Part shown: piece by piece, positions 25,184-36,803 of the stretch
How the letters are laid out: each line of letters opens with the position of its first letter
Position numbering within the stretch: position 1 is the stretch's first letter
The notes under the pieces: generated by a model
Told to the model about the DNA's origin: nothing
Database searches by the model: none
The model's input: only the letters and a program-made list of their open reading frames with translations
Program-made: the position numbers and the translations under genes
Assembly: GCA_015680685.1 (NCBI GenBank)
Contig: MNCI01002485.1
Location: 590,346 to 652,448, forward strand
Source of the DNA: Gnetum montanum
Taxonomy: Eukaryota > Plantae > Gnetophyta
Reading direction: 5' to 3'
Length of the DNA stretch: 62,103 nucleotides

Positions 25184-25353
25184 CTCTGCATAAGCCGAGA
25201 AGTGTCAGAAACTGAACCTTGCAACGTGTATGGATTCAATCGATTGGCAAAGCGTGCAGGTGCAGATAAGATCAGCCTGTGACATGAAATTGATGCAGAT
25301 GGTTGAAGCAAAATCACGCGAGGCTGGCTAACCAAAAACAGCTGAGCAACCAT
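25184..25353 (-). CDS. Candidate first coding exon of the GH31 gene (transit-peptide-like)
   Basis: MVAQLFLVSQPRVILLQPSASISCHRLILSAPARFANRLNPYTLQGSVSDTSRLMQR is S/R/L-rich and nearly acid-free; donor AG|GTTCTG; acceptor CTGTCAG at 25384. Confidence 0.5.
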
Positions 25354-25494
25354 CCTTCAAGATGCAGGTAGTTTTTAAGCTACCTGACAGGTTCTCTTGC
25401 TTTAGCACTTTATTAATTATTTATTTACGTTTTGAGAGAATCATGGAGCATCGTCCGTATCCAGAAAGTACAACGCAACTGGCTGGATAAAAAA

Positions 25495-25640
25495 AAAAAT
25501 TTGTTGCTCTGCACACAAAGGCTGAGAAAGCGGATTCGGTGTAAAAATAATCGTTGTTCTGCACGCAGGCTGAGAAAGTGGATTCGGTATAAAAATAATT
25601 GTTGTTCTGCACGCAGACTGAGAAAGCGGATTGGTGTAAA
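25495..25640. repeat. About three copies of a 48-bp tandem repeat
   Basis: Unit AAAAATAATCGTTGTTCTGCACGCAGGCTGAGAAAGYGGATTCGGTRT. Confidence 0.9.
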
Positions 25641-25733
25641 GCACTGAAAGAAATTTTACTTGTTATTATTCAATAATGATCGTGCCCCTTTTGTTCGTCC
25701 TTCGTTTTCACCCCTGGATAGGACAAACCGTAC

Positions 25734-25810
25734 CTGCCTCCTTCTTCTTTTTTTCTTCATGATGGGCCACACGCATCTTTCTTACTCATTTACAACATAT
25801 CTTGCGTGAA
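25734..25810 (-). promoter_or_regulatory. Likely first exon / proximal promoter of the GH31 gene
   Basis: Strong donor CAG|GTACGG at 25734, site-II-like TGGGCC at 25763-25768, and CpG retention around 25.2-25.8 kb compared with flanks. Confidence 0.4.
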
Positions 25811-27659
25811 ATTTCAAGTTTATGTAAAATTTAAACAGCCTGCTTCAAACGTTATTTTCATTTGGAACATTAGATATTCCAGTGAACACTGTTTAGTCAT
25901 GTAATGGTCAAATGAGAATGAGTGTGGTAGTTAGAGATCAACCAATGGCAAAAATTATGCTCATTTTCTTTTAAAAAGTAGATGAAAATTATGTTTAAAA
26001 ACTTTATTTTACCTTTATTTTAAAGAATGGAAATTGGAAACTAAAAACTACAAATTTTTATGATGTTCAAGAAATCACAAATTATTTATTGTTTGGGAAA
26101 GGAGGGGGGGGTGGGTGTTGGACCCCAAAAAGAAGTACTATTGATATTAACAGTGTATCAGTTACAGTAACCTGAATAGGTCATAGGGTTAAGGGGAAGG
26201 GGAAGCTGAGAGCACTATGCATGAAACTTGGGAACAACCTTATAAATAAACAAGTATTAAAGGAGGAAACCTGAATTAGGGCACCACCAAACATCCACCC
26301 ATGCTGACTCATTACAAGATAGAATGACATAGAATTAGATAAGGAAAAAAGCTCTCAATTAAGGATAGAGAGAGTTCCAATGGTGACTCCTCACAACAGA
26401 AAGGGAAGGCTTCCTTGCAGAGATTACTGACAATGAGTATTACAGGAATGCACACGTCTTTCCCACAGTTGCAAGAGATGAACCAACTAATGTCTATCCA
26501 AATTGAACTTGGATGCTTTAGATGTGAGTCGGAAATGAATGAGGCAAAAGATCTGCAACTTCTCCAACCTGGTGAGCAAACGTTTATTAAAATAAGCTGT
26601 CCTTTGAAATATAACATTGCATCTTCGCTTCCAAATATAATATAAAATAGTAGGCCTAATAACTTTCCATAGAAACTTGAGATTAGCAGAAGTAATGTTT
26701 AAAAAGCTAAATATGGCATCCTCTTGAGATAGCTTGTATGAAGAAAAAACTATGGAAGCCCACTCCCACACATGCTGAGCAAAGGGACAATGCCAAAACA
26801 CATGGACAAAGTCATCTTGTCCACCACAGAGAGGGTAATTGGGATTGGGAATTCCTAGATATTCTAACCGTTTACCAATAGGTAGACCATGGTGGAGGAG
26901 ACACCAGAGGAACTGTTTAATTTTGGGGAGGGTCGGAAGGTTCCAAATATTTTGGAAGAGAGGGATGCAAAATGATACTAACTCATGTTTGTGCTAATGC
27001 TTATTGCAGCGTTGAATGACCTCAGATGGGTCATGCATAAGATGAAAGGGGATAGATGGCCAGTAGGGTAAGAGTTTAACCCCATTCAGCCATTGAAGGC
27101 CTTGAAAAGGGCTTTGCATTGTAACATCAATGTGCCAATGACCGTGGAGAAAGGAGTAGATCTGGACTAGGCAATGGTTCATTGCAGCCGACTCCCCATA
27201 CAAATTGCTAAACTCGACCCCCAAAATCCAATGACTAGCCAGCCTAAGACAATTCAAGGAGATGACACCTTTCCAAAACCACGAGGTAACCACCTTAGCC
27301 TTTGTGATGGCAAGGGAAGCAGGCGAAAAAGGTAACCACCATGGACACAATCTAGAGAGGATAATAGGGTTGATCTTGACGTTAGTCTAGTCAATGTAAC
27401 TGTGTAGAATTTGCCATGCCCTCTAGATGCTTTTGAAAACATGAGATCCTGGAAGAATGATAGTGAGGGGGGAAAAGATTCAATTGACAAAATGGATGCC
27501 TTTCCAGAAGGGCTTGTTTTTAGGAAATGCTTGATGAATCCTTAATTGGAGGAGGGTCCCAATGATGTCTAAGGCATCTAAATGTTGAACCAACCACTTA
27601 GCAACCAGGGTAATTCCCTGCTTATAGGAATTCAAAAGACCTAAGCCACCTTTATTCTT

Positions 27660-28225
27660 NNNNNNNNNNNNNNNNNNNNNNNNNNNNNNNNNNNNNNNNN
27701 NNNNNNNNNNNNNNNNNNNNNNNNNNNNNNNNNNNNNNNNNNNNNNNNNNNNNNNNNNNNNNNNNNNNNNNNNNNNNNNNNNNNNNNNNNNNNNNNNNNN
27801 NNNNNNNNNNNNNNNNNNNNNNNNNNNNNNNNNNNNNNNNNNNNNNNNNNNNNNNNNNNNNNNNNNNNNNNNNNNNNNNNNNNNNNNNNNNNNNNNNNNN
27901 NNNNNNNNNNNNNNNNNNNNNNNNNNNNNNNNNNNNNNNNNNNNNNNNNNNNNNNNNNNNNNNNNNNNNNNNNNNNNNNNNNNNNNNNNNNNNNNNNNNN
28001 NNNNNNNNNNNNNNNNNNNNNNNNNNNNNNNNNNNNNNNNNNNNNNNNNNNNNNNNNNNNNNNNNNNNNNNNNNNNNNNNNNNNNNNNNNNNNNNNNNNN
28101 NNNNNNNNNNNNNNNNNNNNNNNNNNNNNNNNNNNNNNNNNNNNNNNNNNNNNNNNNNNNNNNNNNNNNNNNNNNNNNNNNNNNNNNNNNNNNNNNNNNN
28201 NNNNNNNNNNNNNNNNNNNNNNNNN
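27660..28225. other. Assembly gap
   Basis: Run of N; further gaps at 59231-59709 and 60300-60970. Confidence 1.
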
Positions 28226-29297
28226 CATATGCAGGAACTTAGGTTCAAAACCAAGTTTGGTCATGGTCTGCAAGATAAAATTCCACTTAATGTTGTCATA
28301 AGCCTTGGCATAATCAAGTTTCACTAGGAGAATATCTTGTCCATCATCCTCGGCCCACTTGAGACCTTCCCATGCCGCAACCACATTGTCTAAAATATAT
28401 CTACCAGAAACAAATCTTGTTTGTTGGGGAGATATGATCTAGCCAAGAATTTTTTCAGTCGTAAGGCTAGGCACTTAGCCCAAATTTTATACACTGCATT
28501 GAGGAGAGTTATGGGATGCCAATTAGAGATATCAGCAAGATCCCCAGACTTGGGGAGGAGACGAATTACCCCTTAATTTAGATTGGGCCCAAGGGAACCA
28601 GTTAAGATAGCCTCATTAATGACCTGCAGAAGATCATTTCCCACCAAATCCCAATGATTTTGAAAAAATTCTATGGGGAAACCGTCATAACCAGGAGCCT
28701 TTCCTCGACTTAACTTAGAATAGGCCACTTGTAGCTCCACCAGAGTGATATCAGCGTCAAGACTTTGTAGCATAGCGGAGTTGATAAGGTGAGGATAATT
28801 GGGGGTGGTAGCCTTGAAGGAAGAGATGTCCATTGGGGTTGCTGCAAAAAGGGTTTCATAGTGATTCTTGAGAAAAGAGAGGATATTGTTGTGGTCAGTA
28901 AGTGTGGTACCATCGCTAGAGATTTTTTTTATAGAATGCGAAGGGGAAGCAGAATTGAGATACTTAAAAAATTCCTTACAATGTTCATCTTGAATATTTA
29001 ACCAAGTGAGCCGACTTTTAGTTAGGGCACTTTGTGCTTGGTACACATCCCAATGTTGAAAGGCTAATCTTGCTCTAGCTAGCTCCTCATGAACAAGAGT
29101 GTTGAAGGGATCTTGAGCTAGTCTATTAGTGAGATGTTCAATAGTAAGGTGAATTTTGTTGTATTCTTGTCTGGCCCAAGTAGCCATTACCTTACCATAC
29201 AAACAAGAAAAGTTCCGCACTCGACATGAAGCCCGATGCCACCAATTAATCCAACCCACTTGATTTAGGGGCCTAGGTTTGGCATTCCAAAGGTTGG

Positions 29298-30354
29298 TGA
29301 TGAGTGGCGAGATACCCCTACACTCAACCATACGAAATGAGCGTAGCACGCGCGATCCGATCGAACTCCACAGACTAAGTGCCTACACGCTCCATGGAAC
29401 ACTTAGGGTTAATCATTCGTTGTCTTCCCAGACTTACTTGTAGTTGTCATGGTGTATGGTTAAGTAAGTCTGAGGTATATGATTTTTATAGTTTTTATGT
29501 TTTATCTCCTATGCTATTGAGGTGAAGGGTTGAGAAACTAATGACTAACTCTAACTAATGAACTAAGTCTAAATTACCTAGCGTTAGCATCTGTTCCCAC
29601 TTACCGTACACACCCTGAACCGATGCAACCATGGCTACCAAACACTAATCGTTACTGGGATTACCAAGCGTAACGCACGTGCTCGAAGTGGTCGTAGTGA
29701 GGCACTTAACTAGGAGGAAAGGGTTGAGAGAACTAATTTAGCCTAAGTGCGATGAGTAGCTGATTCATTGATTATCCGTACACATCCTGGTGCATGACTA
29801 CCACTAGGATTACCAAACGTAGATCCTAAGTACGCCACTGGGTTACCAAGTAGTCACACTGAGATGCTTGTAATCAAGTTGTACTCATTCCGCATTGCAA
29901 TGAGCATCCGTTCCTTGATTATCCGTACACATCCTTAGATGCTCGTAATCAAGCCGTACTCATTCCACACTACTAAGAGAGAAAGCAATACATAACATTA
30001 AATAAAATCCTATTCCATGCACTGCAAGGTTTATTCAGGAAGGTCGTCTTTATTGCCATACACAACTTGTGTTCAAGTACAATGTTGCTCGAATAAAGAT
30101 CCATTCACTTTAGGACTCCTACTGCGGGCACATGGAAAATATTCTATCTCTGGAGTGATCAATCTGCCATAATTTCCCTACTTCTAGCCTAGGATGAGGA
30201 AACAAGGGAGAGCTGCCTCTTATTTATAGATATGACGACGCACCACAATATCATGTACGCGATATCATAGGGGACAACGCGATATCGTGTATGTGATATC
30301 GCATGGGATGCGATATCATGACGGTCGCTATATCGCATATATTGCATCTCATCA
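29298..30354 (-). repeat. 3' LTR of copy B
   Basis: TGATGAG...CTCATCA; colinear with 35725-36803. Confidence 0.95.
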
Positions 30355-32249
30355 TACCCCCATGACTAAATGAAAACTTGTCCTCGAGTTCCTTACAAAA
30401 TATCGGGAAGGTATGGGATTGTTGAGTTGAATGAAACTAATGGGATGACATGTGAATGGATCATCATTACAAGACTTGACAAAACTGGTGTTCATGACAA
30501 CAAGGGTGAACACCTTATTACATTGACATTAGGCCTCATTTGGCAGTTGAGAGAGAGAGAAGAGAGAAAGAAGTGTTGCTACTACCAACGCCAAGATTGC
30601 GTCTTTCATTGTCCATCAGTAAGCGCACCATCGATCTTGCTCCTTGCATAGTTGCTTCTAGCACTACTCCATTCCAAGTGTTTGCTCTAGATCCAATCCA
30701 TTGTTGTATGATCGCCATCTGCACACACAACACAATCTTATATTAGCAAGGGTAAATGAGTCATCATGTAATTAATACCTTGCTTCGGTGTAAGTCCATT
30801 GGCTAGGTTATGGTATGGCTAATTGCGGATCTGGGGATGTATTAATGATGACTACTGAAGGTGTAGGGGTTAGGAAAAATTTGAAAAAATCGGGGCTAGG
30901 ATAAAATTGAAAAAATCGGGCCCCGTACCCCCATGACTAATCGCGAACCTTTGGTAGCGTTAGAATGGAGAAAGAAAAGGAGTAAGAAAGATAGATAAAA
31001 AGGGACAACTATGGCATCGATGAAATGGATGTCAAGATGGAAATGAACAAAATAAAATTAATTGCAAAATGTTAAGAAAAAGAATTTAACTAATGCCCCA
31101 AATAGAAATGTCATTGGGTCCTCCCCAAAGTAGGCTCATGCCCTTAATGCCCTGACAAACCCACATTCAAAGAGTCCGTAGGCTTTGGGAATGTCATTTG
31201 GAATAAGAGTTAAAGTCTTAACCACAAGAATTTAGCAAAAAGAAAACAATGTATCTACCAAAATATACAACCGACAATGAGGTGAACAATGGAGAGAAGG
31301 ATGGAGAGAAGAGAATGGAATGGAATCCCAAGAACAAGGTGGTGTACAGCCCCTTGTATGTTTCATAATTAATGTGACTTGGCAAATCTCATTCCAACTC
31401 TAGTCTCAAACAAACCACTTCCAGTGACTTCTCATTAATGCATATGGCCAAACCATCCTCTTGAAGTAACAAGAATGCCTTCTTCAAGATTCATCACCAT
31501 TCTGACGAAACAAGGAGAGAATGGGAAGCGAGAAGGGCCTTAGTTAGAGGGAATACTTTTGGTTCCATAACCAGTGCTTGTAGCCCAAATTTATTTCGTC
31601 TAAGGGGTGTGCTTTGAATTCTCACTTTGCTTCTTTTTTTTTTCTTTTTTTTTTTGTGTTTTTATGCGTGAGAACCACACCATGCAAAGACTTTGTTATT
31701 TTTATTATCTCAACTTCCGATAATTGGGTAACATCGAAAGAACGAGAAAACCCATGAAGAAAATATCCAAGCACCCAAGAGAATGGCCAACACAAAAGCA
31801 TCAAGTTCCCTTGAAGTCACACCCTTTTCAAACCTTGAGTCCTTCCTTAGTTTGAGAAATGCCCAGTCACCGATTCGGTAGAGTTCTTATTTAGAAGGAA
31901 CTATACATTTTCAAGCCGAGAGAGACTGTAGAAACTAGTGGATGGATGGATGAAGTGAACTCATTGCTTGCCATATCAGAAGAAACATACCTTAGTATCA
32001 ACATTGTGACTTAAAGGTAAAAACCAACATTAGCAATCAATATGAAAACAGTTCATACCAGCAGGAAGAACACTTATTGGGTGAAAAACTTATAGGATGG
32101 ATCACACACACACAAACACATAAAAAATGAAAAAGTATAATGATGTTGTAAAACAAAAACAAGAAAAGTTAAAGAAATTGTAAAACACAAACGTGTAAGA
32201 CAAAAATGTGTAAAACAAAAACTTAAAAAGAACTAAGGGCCCCCATATG

Positions 32250-35200
32250 ATTAGCATAGGTGACCATCTCCCCCATGATTGAATTGCAAGAGAGAGATCC
32301 GAAATAATGAACATCTACTTAAATTTCATAGAAGTTCCCAACTCCTCCCAATTGATGATCTTAGGTTGAGGGGTGGGAGTTGGCGACGCTCATATTCCAA
32401 CGTGTCTATGCCTTCATTATTGGCATGGTTTGTCTCTTCATTTCGTTCCATGCATATTTGTTTGCTCTTTTGAGTAGCTGTCAACCACGGGGTGTCTACT
32501 ACTTGTTATGTGGTTGCTACATATAGGCATCTTTGTTTTAAAGTTTCAAGGGCACACCTGTTACATGGAGACATTTCCTCCATGTCATCACCCGATGAAT
32601 CACTGTATGTGATGCATGGAACTTTCCTCTTCTCGATCTTTCCATAAATGTTTATCTTAGAAATTTCCAAGGAAAGATCGTAGATCCTAAGGCATGCATC
32701 TACTGTACTCAGCCATGCCCTTTCCATTATAATTGGGAAGTCCCCTTTGTTGCAGTTAACTTCTATCACTAGGAAGTCAGCTGGGTAGGACCAACCACAC
32801 ATAGTGGTATTAATGTCCTTCACCAATCCCAAGGGAATGGTGATGGACTGGTCTGCTAGCTCTAGTTGGATGTTGCTTTTCTTAAGTTGGGGTAGGTTCC
32901 AGGCTTGATACATCCCTCGTGAAATTAGGTTGACTCCAGAACCTGAGTTAAGAAGAGCCTTATGTGGTACATTCCTGATAATTTGTAGATAGATTAAGGA
33001 ACTTCCAGGGTCAGTTAGTTTCTTGGGAAGGTGGCCTACCTTGATCCAGTTAGTTACAGTATGTGTTAACATAATTGTATGCGTTAAGCTCTATTGGACT
33101 GAAGGGTGCTCCAAAGTATTAGATGGTGGAGGAGTGTACCTAGAATCAACTGCTTGTTGTGAGAGCTTGTCTAGGCATTTGGTTCTGAAGAAAGGTCTTC
33201 TCTTTTTATAGTTGTCAGAACCAGCAACAGGTTGAATATTTAGAGCTCTCGCAATGTTACGTTGCTGTAGTTGAGTAGGGAGTTCCCCTTGCATTGTTGG
33301 AGCAGGGGGTGTTATGGGAACTACAGGTGGAAGAGGTGCGGATGGAGTTGGAGGATGGTGTAAATGTGGGATGTCTCCCTGAGGAGAAGGAGTCCTCCTA
33401 AAGTACTCTCGAACTTGGTAGTGATGTTGGGGAGTTGTGTGACTCATAGAGTCATTTGGAGAAACTGGCTGCTGCACATAATAGCCATAAGGATTAGGTT
33501 GCCGGTAAGGGTACCGTTGTGTTGGCGGTGGCATCCCCCATGACTGTGGGTATTGCCACTGCTGATGCTATCCAATGGGTTTTGGTGGAGTTCCACTTAG
33601 ATAGTACGTTAATGGTTGGTGGAACTGCCTTGGGTTACCTTGAGGATAAGGTAACCTTTGGGGTGTTTACTGTTGGTTGAGTCTTGGGTTAAGTGCATAC
33701 ACCCCAGACTCTTGTAGATGTGAGATGATTGGACAACATCCCTTGGGATGATCATAATGGTAGATCTCACATCCACCATCATTGTCTGTGTCTGAATCCA
33801 CAACTTCATTGAAGATAGTAATTTTCCCCTTACCCTTGTTATGTGCAGGGCTTGAATCTCTCTGCTTTGTCTTATCTTTGTTACTACTTCGTTCCTCCTT
33901 AGACTCTTCTACAATTTTCAGGACAGTTTCAAGTCTGGAGTTTAAGGAATCCCACAATTGATCCATCTTAGCCGATACTTTTGTTGTTAATTTTTGGATC
34001 GACAAGGTTTTTCTGTTCACCAACTCTTTGAGTGGCGACTCATCCTCTTCATCACAAAATTTCACTCCCTTCTTACGAAGGGAAGGATCACAGTTGTATT
34101 CTTCTGCAGTTTCCCCTTTTCGTAGCCCCCCTTCTTCTTTTGCTACTTGCTCTAACAAGCGATGTACTTCATGGGCTCTAAGTTGATATAGTCTCCCTTG
34201 GGTATAAGTCCCAAGGGTTCTTCGAGTCTCATGCCTTAGCCCATCCACGATGTGGTGAAGTTGATCCCGCTATGCGTAACCATGGCCTGGGCAATGATGT
34301 AACAATGTGTAGTAGCGGGTCATGACAGCATCCAAGGGTTCATGAGTTCCTTGCTTGCATTCTTGGATCTGCTTATGCAAATTAGACACTCTGGAGTACA
34401 TTTGATACTTATCGTTGAAGAGTTCTAGCATCGTACTCCACCTCCTGATGGTTTCCAGTTCTAAGGACCAGTACCAACTCTCTGCTTCTTTAATGAGTGT
34501 CCTTGGAAACAACTTAAGTTTTTGCCACTCGTTCTCTATGTTTTGCAAGGCACAGGCATCGTGGAATGCCTACAAATGATGCTACGGATCAGCATTGTAT
34601 CCCCCTTCAAATCATGGGATGTTGTTCATGTCTAAGTGTTTGATCTGACTATCTTTTAAATACCTTGTGGGAATTCTAACAGCCTCTGTTATATCAAGCA
34701 TACTTCGGGTTGCAAGTAGGGGTTCATCATGATCATCTCTTTCATGATGCCTATGATGTCTGCATTGTTCCCTACTTTCCCTTCGTTCATGCCCTTGTCC
34801 TCTCTCTCGACTCTCTCGTCAAGGTCTCTCATTTTTCTTACCTCTATCCTCTTCGTTATGCTCATGTTGGTTGTGCCCAGATGTGGAAGGAGAGGGTGAG
34901 TGATGAGATGAAGGAGAAGAGGAAGGAGAACCATCGCCATGACGATGCTTCCTACCTTCTCTTCGATTGCTACAGCCTCGATCGTGCTGACGATCTAAGT
35001 GCCCGTCCTTATCTTTTGTTGTTGTTCCCTCTATGAACAGTTGGTGTTCATGGGCATCAGAACTAGGATTATGTATCATTGAACGTAGGTTCTAATACCC
35101 AACCTCCTCACCATCGTTAGGAGGGGGAACATTATTTGCTAAAGAACCTGTTATAAGGGGTTCCGCATCTCTTATTTTGCTAAGGATGTGCGGGCCTTTG

Positions 35201-35580
35201 CCCTTCAACAGGGTATGTTGGCTCTCTTGCCTTGAGTCCCTCATACGTTGTGCTTCTATGGGATAATAATCCCTTGAGTCAAAATCTTCTGCAATGTATT
35301 CAGCATATAATTTTGTCATGCCAATCTGTGCCAAAGCACGGAGAAGCATGTTTGGGACTAATCGATCTGGAGGTAACACGATGTTACCTTGTAAATCTCT
35401 CCAGCACATCTCTTCATCTTGATGGAGAATAAAAGTAAAGTTGGGGATATACTCATCGGGATGAGTATATGTCAACTTATATTGTTGAGGAACTGGCGGA
35501 TTTAGGTTATGTGTTTTTTATTGCCGACTATTCTTTGTATTGTCCCTAGGTGGTGAGTTGCTCTTGTTAGAAGAAGCCAT
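32250..35580 (-). pseudogene. Decayed gag-protease polyprotein of copy B
   Basis: ATG at 35580 (MASSNK); gag KLKLFPRTLIKEAESWYWSL...W..M.ELF..KY; protease KLTDPGS...ALLNSGSGVNLI...LELADQS...ADFLVI...PIIMERAWL. Confidence 0.88.
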
Positions 35581-35724
35581 TTTTATCGGTGTGCTATTTC
35601 ACCGTTATATAAATTCTTGTTTAATTAATTAACCCAAAGGTTCATTTAGGCTCCCAATGATGTGAGTGATATCCTTTATGTTCTATTTAGCGCACAAACA
35701 CTTAGTCCCTAGCAACGGCGCCAA

Positions 35725-36803
35725 TGATGAGTGGCGAGATACCCCTACACTCAACCATACAAAACGAGCATAGCACATGCGATCTAGTCAAACTCTGCAG
35801 ACTAAGTGCCTACACGCCCCATGGAACACTTGGGGTTAATCATTCATTGTCTTCCTAGACTTACTTGTAGTTGTCATAGTGTATGGTTAAGTAAGTCTGA
35901 GGTATATGATTTTTATAGCTTTTATGTTTTATCTCCTATGCTATTGAGGTGAAGGGTTGAGAAACTAATGACTAAATATAACTAATGAACTAAGTCTAAA
36001 TTACCTAACATCAACATCCGTTCCCACTTACCGTACACACCCTGAACCAATGCAACCATGGCTACCAAATGCTAATCGTTACTAGGATTACCACGCGTAA
36101 TGCACATGCTCGAAGTGGTCATAGTGAGGCACTTAACTGGGAGGAAAGGGTTGAGAGAACTAATTTAGCCTATGTGCGATGAGTAGCTGATTCCTTGATT
36201 ATCCGTACACATCCTAGTGCACGACTACCACTGGGATTACCAAGCACAGATCCTAAGTACCCCACTGGGTTACCAAGTAGTCACACTAAGATGCTCATAA
36301 TCAAGTCGTACTCATTCCACGTTGCGATGAGCATCCATTCCTTGATTATCTGTACACATCCTTAGATGCTCGTAATCAAGTCGTACTCATTCCGCATTAC
36401 TAAGAGAGAAAACAATAAATAACATTAAATAAAATCCTATTCCATGCACTGCAAGGTTTATCTAAGAAGTTCATCTTTATTACTGTACACAACTTGTGTT
36501 CAGGTACAATGTTGCTCGAATAAAGATCCGTTCACTTTAGGACTCCTACTGCGGGCACATGGAAAATATTCTATCTCTGGAGTGGTCAATCTGCCAGAGT
36601 TTTCCTACTTCTAGCTTAGGATGAAGAAACAAGGGAGAGCCACCTCTTATTTATAGATATGATGGCACACCGCGATATCGCGTACGCGATATAGCAGGGG
36701 ATGATGCGATATTGCGTACGCGATATCGCATGGGATGTGATATCACAACAGTCGTGATATCGCGTACGCGATATTGCGGCCCATGCGATATCGCGTCTCA
36801 TCA
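35725..36803 (-). repeat. 5' LTR of copy B
   Basis: Adjacent to the tRNA-Asp PBS; GCGATATCGC palindrome cluster (36670-36795) upstream of a minus-strand TATA (about 36648-36657). Confidence 0.95.

Larger units (their letters stand above)
29298..36803 (-). mobile_element. Complete non-autonomous Athila-like LTR element (gag + protease only), copy B
   Basis: TSD GTTGG (29293-29297 / 36804-36808); LTRs 29298-30354 and 35725-36803; PBS TTGGCGCCGTTGCTAGGGAC (35705-35724); PPT-like AGTCATGGGGGTA (30355-30367); no RT, RNase H or integrase in the 5.4 kb interior. Confidence 0.95.

Noticed and set aside
24808-25353. 181-aa ORF as a single-exon gene
   Set aside because: The middle is T-rich and bounded by GT/AG sites, more consistent with read-through of an intron between two exons.
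27641-28384. Long ORFs spanning N-runs (also 59155-59804 and 60224-61117)
   Set aside because: Artefacts of assembly gaps.
29298-30354. Hammerhead ribozyme (retrozyme) in the non-autonomous LTRs
   Set aside because: No CTGANGA...GAAA core with flanking helices found by eye; an Infernal scan would settle it.
30370-30830. Short ORFs near the PPT shared by copies B and C
   Set aside because: Frame-breaking indels differ between the copies; no consistent reading frame.
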